Shown here piece after piece: positions 31,856-39,706 of a stretch of DNA of 39,706 nucleotides. The first letter of the stretch is position 1; each line of letters starts with the position of its first letter. The stretch covers positions 1 to 39,706 of the forward strand of contig JAAPAO010000323.1 of the NCBI GenBank assembly GCA_013115145.1. The letters are read 5' to 3'. The translations under genes were made by a program, and so were the position numbers. The notes beneath the pieces are model-generated. The model saw only the letters and a program-made list of their open reading frames with translations, did not search any database and had not been told where the DNA came from. Source of the DNA: Perkinsus chesapeaki ATCC PRA-425. Lineage: Eukaryota; Protista; Perkinsozoa.

Positions 31856-33650
31856 ATGTCTTCACGTTCTTATGATCCTAGAAGGCCCCTAGCTACCCGT
31901 CCTCAAGCGGCAGTATCATCTACTAGTATAATTGCGGTATCGGTTACCTTGGGCATATTAACTGTATTAGCATTGGTTTTATACTGGCAGAGGGAGTCTA
32001 TGGTAGTGGTTGATCTCCAAGAGAGGCTCATGCATGCCACTGGAGAGGCAGTGGTGTGGATGCTAGAGTCGCCTCTGGGCCGTCTCCTGCTCCCATCGGT
32101 CAATATAGAAAATATCAAAAGGCGCTTTGGTATCGACGAGGCATCTAAACTCCCGTTCAGTTGGATGGCGGCTGGCCCACCGCAGGCTGCCGGTCCGCCG
32201 CGTGATCAGCGTTCAAGTAGGGCAGAGGATCAAATCGAATTGATGGCTGACGAGAGAGCTGGCATCGACGGAATCGATACCGGCAATCCTGACCTCCTTT
32301 ACGGCGATTCATTTGACGTATTTCCCGTCACAAATTGGCAGACAGTTCAGACCACAAAGCTGAAGCGAAGTGCCGAGCCTTGCCTGTGGGGCATGGATGT
32401 TTTGGAGGGCGATGATACATGGTGTCATCTGGATAGGGAGAGACTCCGAGTCGGCGACACAATCTACGAAATCCTCAACGAAGCCGAGGACCCTAAGACC
32501 GTTCTCTCCAATTTCCCCCTGCCGCTCCAAGATGTCTGCATTGTCGAATTCACCATAGAGAATCTACTTGACCATCAAAAAGTGTCGATTGGCATATCGC
32601 CGAAGCCGATTCCGCTGGGCGAATGGGCCGGCCATTTCCCCTACAGCTTGGGGCTCTTCAACGATGGTTCAATCTTCGCAGGAGACTGGAGGTCTCCGAT
32701 TGGGACAATGCTTGGCGGCTTTGCTAGCGGCGATGTAATCACGATGATTGTGAAACGAAAATACGGCGGAGCGAAGCTCAACGGGGCAGCGGTGCTCTTC
32801 AGGAACGGAGATCTATGTGGAAATGCATGCCCGGTGACGATGGAGTCCCTGAGGGTCCCATTGGACGGAAATGAAGAGCCTAAGATTTATGGGGAGGATT
32901 GCGAACGGATGGTCTTCGGGTAAGGGGAAGGCGACCTAAAGATACGTTTTGTTGCCTAACATCAGATACCGTTCTCTTAAGGGCACAGATTACGAGATCT
33001 CCTCGCCTGTCCCGATGAGACCGCCCAGGCCGAATCGAGCTGAATGGGGCTATTTACCGGCACCTTACATCGCCATCAGTGTGGCTGAGGCAGAGGCCAC
33101 TTCACCAGTGAAAGTGGTGGTCAATTTTGGGGCCGATCCTTTCGCTTACGCGCGAGAAAGTATATCGAAAGTTGCGGGCCTTCTCGGGCTTGAGGGAGAG
33201 CTGAGTGGTTCAATGGATGCACTTGGATATGGAAACAGCCTACTGGTCGATGAAATGGAAAGATACGTCCAATTGCGCACCGCGAAGATTTTGCGCATGC
33301 GTGCAAGCGCAGATGAACCACCCTCTCCTCCACGAGAGGTCCAACTGCGTTCGCCAGCAGTCGTTCCCGAGCCTTCTCTCCCTGTAGCTTGTGAAAATCT
33401 TCCAAGTGCGGTCGAGGGGGTATCTTCCGATGATACACCGTCGCCTCGTTATATCGACCTCAGCGATAGATGTAGATTCGTTCCTCTCGATGATGGTGGT
33501 GGTGGTGCCCCGTGCGATTGTGCTTGGTTCACTCTAGGAGCAGCTCACGGCATTTGTGGGCGATGTGGTCATGATAGATTATGGCATAAACCAGGTCCCG
33601 GAGAGAAGAGGATCTTGCTAAGCGGTAGGTTGCTAAGTCACGCGCCATAA
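31856..33650 (+). CDS. N-terminal TM plus SPRY domain protein (Ssh4/Ear1-like layout) with a C-terminal Cys/His cluster
   Basis: TM IIAVSVTLGILTVLALVLYW. SPRY SNFPLP..VEFTI..VSIGISPKP..YSLGLFNDG..GDVI. One intron (32920-32965), then PYIAISV..KVVVNFGADPFAY. Tail CDCAWF..ICGRCGHDRLWH. Confidence 0.8.
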
Positions 33651-33917
33651 AATTGGACCCGCTTTCTTGTAGTTGAAGGCTTCTTTCTAGCTCTGCTGTT
33701 GCATCGATCGAATGTCACATCACTTACTAATATATATTATATGAATTTATAATAGTATTTCTACGTCGATTGTAAATTCTTTATAGTGCGTAAGAGGATA
33801 TCCTCTCCTTGGCTGCCTACTTTAAGATGCCAACTATCGAATGCTCGTGATTTTCTGGGAAGTTTCTTCCACCGTCGACGTAGAGATGTTTGGCAATTTT
33901 CCGGAACATGATTCAGC

Positions 33918-34439
33918 ATGCGTCCAGTGTATTCGAGGACTTTCAAGCCAAGTTTTCAGCTCGGTAATTCTCAAGCTAGAATCTCCTCCTCAGAACCGGC
34001 CACCTCAAGACCATCTTCCCCTCAGCGTCAAAGCACTCCCGACGAGACGTCCCCATTAGATGAGCGTTGGCTGGCCCTTGATGGTCGAATGGGCGACTGG
34101 CGTCACGCTATGGTTGTTGGTGATGAGGTGTGGTATAATGTGAAGACAAGAGAAGTCACTTCCGAGAGGCCAGAGATCTACAGGCATCGGAAACTGCGTC
34201 CACCTGCCGTCGCCAGAGCTCACACTCGACGAGCGGAACAGCTTCCTAGTGGTGGTGTTAGTGTTACTGAGAATGCAACAGAGAAGATAGAGGGTAAACT
34301 TGACACTTTTCGGGGGCCTGTGGTGGATGCTGCCCGTCGATCGAGAAGGAGGCATGTCGTCCGGTTGGGAATAACTAAGACGAAGCACCGTATTGGCAAT
34401 GATCCGCTTAAGCTGAGCTTCAATAGGACGAAGATTTAA
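33918..34439 (+). CDS. Hypothetical protein with a WW-like motif
   Basis: 173-aa ORF containing GDWRHAMVVGDEVWYNVKTREVTSERP, which matches WW spacing with the second Trp replaced by Ser. Confidence 0.5.
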   Translation: MRPVYSRTFKPSFQLGNSQARISSSEPATSRPSSPQRQSTPDETSPLDERWLALDGRMGDWRHAMVVGDEVWYNVKTREVTSERPEIYRHRKLRPPAVARAHTRRAEQLPSGGVSVTENATEKIEGKLDTFRGPVVDAARRSRRRHVVRLGITKTKHRIGNDPLKLSFNRTKI

Positions 34440-34541
34440 AGTCATGTACATGCGAAGTTCATACCGTCTCTTTCGTTAAGAGTTGAATTTTATGGGTATA
34501 CTTCTATTCCCTCCCTTAGAGGCTACCCTTGCCTTTTTATA

Positions 34542-37347
34542 ATGAAAGGCTCCACTGTCGAATCCACGCCTGTCATCAGCCCGAATGCTAGGAGGTTTGT
34601 TTTCGCCCAGTTCCTCTCCAGATGCGCTCACACTTTTATAAGTAGATTTGGTACGGCTAATCGGTTTGCATCTACCCCTTGTTAGCTACAGCGGTTCGAT
34701 ATGAAACCCTTGATCTCGTTGGACCTAGAAGATACGCGCACTCTCAGATCTGGCAGAATCTCACTCGTAAGAATCTTGAGGTTGCGCGAGTTCTTGGCGC
34801 TGGGAAAGATACTCTTTGCTTGCAGGTACCTTGTCGGCTCAAACTGCGGGTGTTATCACTGACAATGCTCCGCCGAAGAAGGTCTATGTAGGTCCTCAGT
34901 TCGGGTGGCCTCCCGCTGACCCGCTTCATCAGGTTCTCACTGATTTCTTCTGTGCTATTATGGTATTGACGATCTGGACAAGTGAGTCATCCGCTGTATT
35001 ATTGGTGTAGCCGTTAGTGTGTTATCCTTTCATGCTATTGACCCAGGTTCGATCCTTTGTCGGTCAGGTTCTCAGAATCTTCTCCAGTTTCTCGCTGTGG
35101 CCAACATTGCTCTAGGAGTAGTAATGGCTTTCTCGGGCCCCGTCGGCAAGAGCCTCCCCCCACTGGTAACTAATCTTGCTCATCTTGCTAGTCTTGCATT
35201 TTCCTAACACAGGTTGTCCGTTCCCGTTCTGAGCTTCCCATGGTGAACTCCTTTGAACTTACCGGCGATAAGATTGGACGTTATCTCACTCCTTTCGCTG
35301 TCGGCTTCTTCATGATGTAAGACTTCCATCATCACATTTGCACGCATGCGCACGGCAGGGAGTGCCGCCGCACAAGATACTAGTTGGAGCGGCGGACGGT
35401 GAAGTCTTTTCTCGATTGGTCACCGTATCTTATTACTTTGTGGCATTATTGATAAAGTATCTCTTAGCGCTCATTTCTTGCTCGTCTTCAATTCATTTAA
35501 ACATAACATCACCATGCGGGTGTTTTGATGATACCAGTAATAGATTGAGTGGATATCAATAGTAACTGATTACTGATTGAATAATTATTACTGATCAATG
35601 TAGATATTGTTTGCACTATACAGCTGCTGCCTAACAGTTTTCCCCCCCGTCAGGTACTTCGGCTTCTCAATGGCTGTCTATTCAAGTGTTGTCTTCTACC
35701 TTCTCGTAGTAATAGTGAAGTCCTCCGTCCAGGTCGATGGTAATGTAGTAGTTGATGGTGATGAGCAGCTCATTATCATTAGAATCCTCCCATAGCAAGC
35801 GATCTGATAGCAGTAGACCAGGACTACTAACACAACTCATTGAAGGAGTGAAGTCCCTTGGAGACCCGAGGCTTGGGGTGAGCCGAGCAGCCTACCTATT
35901 CGGTATTTCAACAACGCTCCGACGCCAGCCTCGTAACGCTCTACGAGTTCTTCAGTGTTAGAACTCAATCCGCACGCGAGACTAGTAAATAAGAAAGTAA
36001 CATTAAACAACTCGTATTATCCTCTTTGAGGATTTTGTTGCATCATCGGCTCCAGTTGGGGGTTTTCTAAAAAACATGGTTCAGTAATAATACGGCCAGT
36101 TTACAGTCATCTTTTCTATTTCGCTCTTCGAGAGAGACCCCATGGCGGATGACCCCACTAACACATTTATCATTTCGAAACATGTTTATTATTAGCGATC
36201 TTCGTTCCCGAAGAGACGTAGCAAACCGAAAATGTACTTCTGAACTCCTCAAAGCCTTTAGCGGGAGCAGTGTACCCGAATTGAAGGGATGGTGGTGGTT
36301 TTCAGGTGTTGGTATTGAACACTCTTATCACTAACGTCTTCGTCTATCCATTCCAGACGGCAGCGGTACCGGTTATATTGCGGCAGATGGATCCGGTGAA
36401 TTGGAAAAGTCTAACCAGCTTGGTAAGTGTCCTTTTAATATTAATAACACCGGTGTTTGATTCCCCTTCTGAAGGGCGAGTGACTGATTGCCTAAACTCG
36501 TTGTGCCCTTCATGCTGCTCGATACCGTGCTCGGCAATACTAGCTCTTTTATTGCACCATCGCTCGTCAGGGTTCTCCTCAGGTCTCTCTAGGTGGAGTA
36601 GTTGGCCCGATTCTGTCAAATGCCAGCGCCTTCCTCTTCAGCAGCGACACCTTCGCCGGTAACCTTCCAATCGTTGATACATTTGGCATTTATTTCCCCT
36701 TCAGGATTGGTCTCTGGTTTAACTGCCCAAATAGTGACTGGCATGTTGTCAGTGTTTTGCGTGTTGGTGAGGAACGTTCCGGCTGATTAGTCGAAATCAT
36801 CGCTGTCTTGTTCAGATATACCCGCTCTTCCCCACAGGGACTGCCTATGCTGTTCTCCTATCAATACTTTGGGTTCTTGTTATTGCTGCCAATAACCAGT
36901 TCACGATCTTCTTCAACTCGCTGCAACAGATGGTCAGTTCTACGAACCTCTTTGCCGCCGCGGTAGAGTTATCAATCAGGTCCTTCCAGCCAACCAGCGA
37001 GGGAAGTTCATCGCCAATCTCCTTGCTGTCTTCACTGTAAGCTGCTTGCCTTCCAACATGCCCAGATTATCTCTTTCAGATGGGCAATGCTGCAGGTCTC
37101 TGGGTTTTCGGTCAAGCCATATCCTCACCGGACCATCTACAGACGAACGTCTGCTGGGTGTTGGCCCTTTCGGTGCTCCTTAGGATGATCATTGGTGAGC
37201 TTATCGTCTGACCAATTTATGGTACTTCCCTCAGGCGGAGTGGTTTTGTACCGTAAATCGGCACTTCGTCGCGCTTCATCTACCTCCACAGATGATGAGC
37301 AGCTCAGCGTTGCTAGCGCTTCCAGGGGTGGGCGTTCGGACGAATAA
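34542..37347 (+). CDS. MFS transporter, DHA3/MFS_3-like, tandem copy A
   Basis: Spliced: RRFVFAQFLSR; AGVITDNAPPKKVY (motif A-like); VVRSRSELPMVNSF; GLLTQLIEGVKSL; VLNTLITNVFVYPFQ; QMVLPANQRGKFIA. TAA at 37345-37347. Confidence 0.8.
34982..35067 (+). pseudogene. Degenerate near-full-length tRNA-Glu(UUC) occupying an 86-nt intron of MFS copy A
   Basis: TG GTGT AG CCGTTAG TGT G TTATC CTTTCAT GCTAT TGAC CCAGG TTCGATC CTTTG TCGGTCA G. A-box-like D region, anticodon TTC at 35029-35031 and the B-box are at canonical spacing. The stems are mismatched and the 5' acceptor strand is lost. The 3' end provides the CAG acceptor. Confidence 0.7.
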
Positions 37348-37637
37348 CTTGCTTGCTCTCTTGGCACATTACTGCCTCCAACAGCAGTAGTCTCTCGGCA
37401 GTCTGCCACGGCCGTCGCCGACAGGTACGAGACCGGCGATTCGCAGCGAAGACTTTACCGAGTCGCCCTTAGTTTCCTCGATTGAAAGTGGCAGTGATAG
37501 AAGCAGCGAATAGTAGACAACAACAGCATCACATTAGCGTGTCTGATGTTTCTATCATTGCTCGCTTTTTTGCGTTCGTTGAGTTCAAGGCCGACACATC
37601 TACCCTAAAAACCGCTCAGTTGGGAGGCAGAAGCCAA

Positions 37638-39706
37638 ATGGCTCCGAAACGCACACGTTTGGTGAGCCAGAATGCTGCCCGCTTTGTAGCAGCGCAATCG
37701 CTTTCGAGATTCGTTCATGCGTTTTTGAGTAAGCATTGAAATTGCCGCCCACGCCAACCTCATTTTTCTGTCTTCAGCCACCGCGGTTCGATATGAAACG
37801 TTGGACCGAGTGGGAGGCCGAAGCTATGCCTTCTCGCAAATGTGGCAGAATCTCACAAGTGTGCCGGAAGGCTAAGCTCTAGTGATAATCTCTCCCAGGA
37901 ACCGTCACGTCGCAAGTCGCTGGTGTGGTAACTGACAACGCCCCGTTAAAAGCAACATACGTATACTTCAAGCCACGGCGATGAATACACTCTCGACCGT
38001 CAGGTTCTCCTGGATGTCATTGCCGCAGCTACGATAGCAGCTCTGTGGATAGGTGGGCTCTCTCTAGAACATTTCTAGAGATTGCTGACTCAGCACTGCT
38101 GACGACGCTTCAACTGGCTATGCTGATTCACCAGGTGCCACAGAGATTGCCCAATTCCTTACAGCTGCCAATCTTGCCCTCGGAGTTGTGATGGCCTTCT
38201 CGGGCCCGGTCGGAAAGAGTCTGCCTCCATCAGTAAGTAAGAGTTGGTGTCTTTGACGCAGTAAGGTCTCAGGTTGTCGATACGCCCTCCGAGTTGCCTA
38301 TGGTGAACTCCTTCGAGCTCACTGGTGACAAGATAGGTCGCTACGCAGCTCCCTTCGCAGTCAGCTTTTTCCTACTGTAAGTTGCTTATGCATGACTGCA
38401 CTCTGGTAAATCGGGATACACAACAATGCGCTTCCCGGGAGCTCTGTTAACGGTACAAATTCAACCAGAAATGCCCATAGCAATCAGAACGATTTATCAT
38501 ATGCCCCCCTATCTGTATGCGCGGGTGGTATACCCTGTTTGACTCGCCTTCCGTATGCGCCACTTCAAGTGCTCCTTCCGCCTCCTCACTGAGGGGTCCT
38601 CAGGTACTCTGACTTCTCCTCATTGATCCACCTCAGCATTTTCCTCTTCCTATCGGTTGCACTCGCTAAATCGACTATCCACGTGAAAGGTAGCGGGAAC
38701 ATGTGCCATACTACACAGACGACTCTCATTACTGTAGATACGATACCAAGAAGTGTACGGCGCAAAAGATCTGGATTTATAAGACAGCTCATAGAAGGCG
38801 TGAAATCCTTGAATGACCCTATCCTCGGAGTAGCACTTTATCCTTCATTCCCATATTGCTACCTCTGTCCTGTCAGATGTTGGTCTTTAATACGATGCTT
38901 ACCAATTTATTCATTTATCCCTTCCAAACAGTAGCCTTGCCGGTAATCCTCAAACAGATGGATCCGGTCAACTGGAAGAGTCTTGCGAGCCTTGTAGGTG
39001 CCGAGGCGTTCGGCAGTTCCCCTCTCGACTCTATCCCCAATGGCAGGTATCGCTCGGTGGAGTCCTGGGCCCTGTTTTGTCCAACTTCGCAGCCTACCGA
39101 TTTCGTGCCGACATCTATAAGGGTTAGCATATCTCTTAAGTCGCTTCCTCAAGAATGATATTCAGGTCTGATATCGGGATTAATTTTCCAGACCATCAGT
39201 GTGCTTCTGTGTTTCTGCGGCATAGCGGTAAGGTTCGTGCCCTTTACAGGTCTCACTCGCAACGAGTTAACCGTATACTCCATTTTAAGAAACTTGCACA
39301 CTCATCAAAGCTTATTCGCCTCAGGCCACCACCGCCTTCACCAGCTCCTCGGCCTTCGCACTTTGTTTGTGCATTATCTGGGTCGTAGTTGTCGCCGCCA
39401 ACAACCACTTCACAGTATTCTTCAATTCCATTCAACAACAAGTTAGCGATCTTCCTCCTGCTATCATCGAGCTCACCATCTCAATCAGATGCTGCCTAGT
39501 GGACAGAGGGGAAGATTCATAGCCAACATGCTAGCTTTGTTCACAGTATAAATTCTCATCTCTTACCGATCTTTCACTTATCATGCTTAGATCAGTAATG
39601 CAGCTGGCCTGTGGCTTTACGGTCAAGCAGTGTCTTCCGGACCTCACCTACATTTGTTCGTCGACCTCATCCTTGCTCTTTGCATAACCCTTAGAGTGTT
39701 CATAAG
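37638..39706 (+). CDS. MFS transporter, DHA3/MFS_3-like, tandem copy B (runs off the window end)
   Basis: MAPKRTRLVSQNAARFVAAQSLSRF; AGVVTDNAPLKATY; ELPMVNSFELTGDKIGRY; GFIRQLIEGVKSL; VILKQMDPVNWKSL. Resolved intron positions match copy A. Confidence 0.8.

Noticed and set aside
31633-31857. Minus-strand poly-Gln ORF divergent from the SPRY gene
   Set aside because: It overlaps the SPRY start, is explained by two CTG tracts, and has no convincing spliced continuation.
34679-35330. Initial reading as a PQ-loop/MPDU1 protein (SQIWQN)
   Set aside because: Full splicing gives a 12-TM MFS layout with motif A and a central loop.

Overview
This is gene-dense eukaryotic DNA with many short (about 35-90 nt) GT-AG introns. 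The intron style and gene families suggest a Perkinsus-like alveolate (inference, no database search possible). I derived the gene models by hand-splicing, so exon boundaries are approximate. In order, the window holds: a GH18 chitinase-like pseudogene; a 7.6-kb minus-strand gene for a secreted Thr/Ser/Glu-rich repeat protein built from phase-1 exon modules; an EF-hand plus four-TM protein; a decayed secreted-protein gene; a 66-bp minisatellite around an assembly gap; a secreted phytase-like beta-propeller; a PP4R1-like HEAT protein; a MINDY deubiquitinase; PEX2; a cluster of intronless secreted beta-domain genes; a TM-SPRY protein; a WW-like ORF; and two tandem bacterial-type MFS transporters. 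The most unusual signal is that at least six short introns in five unrelated genes consist largely of degenerate tRNA sequence (T-arm/B-box, in one case nearly a whole tRNA-Glu). These occur in both orientations, with the tRNA-like segment ending at or beside a splice site. I found no intact tRNA, rRNA, SL-RNA, CRISPR array or identifiable transposase/RT.
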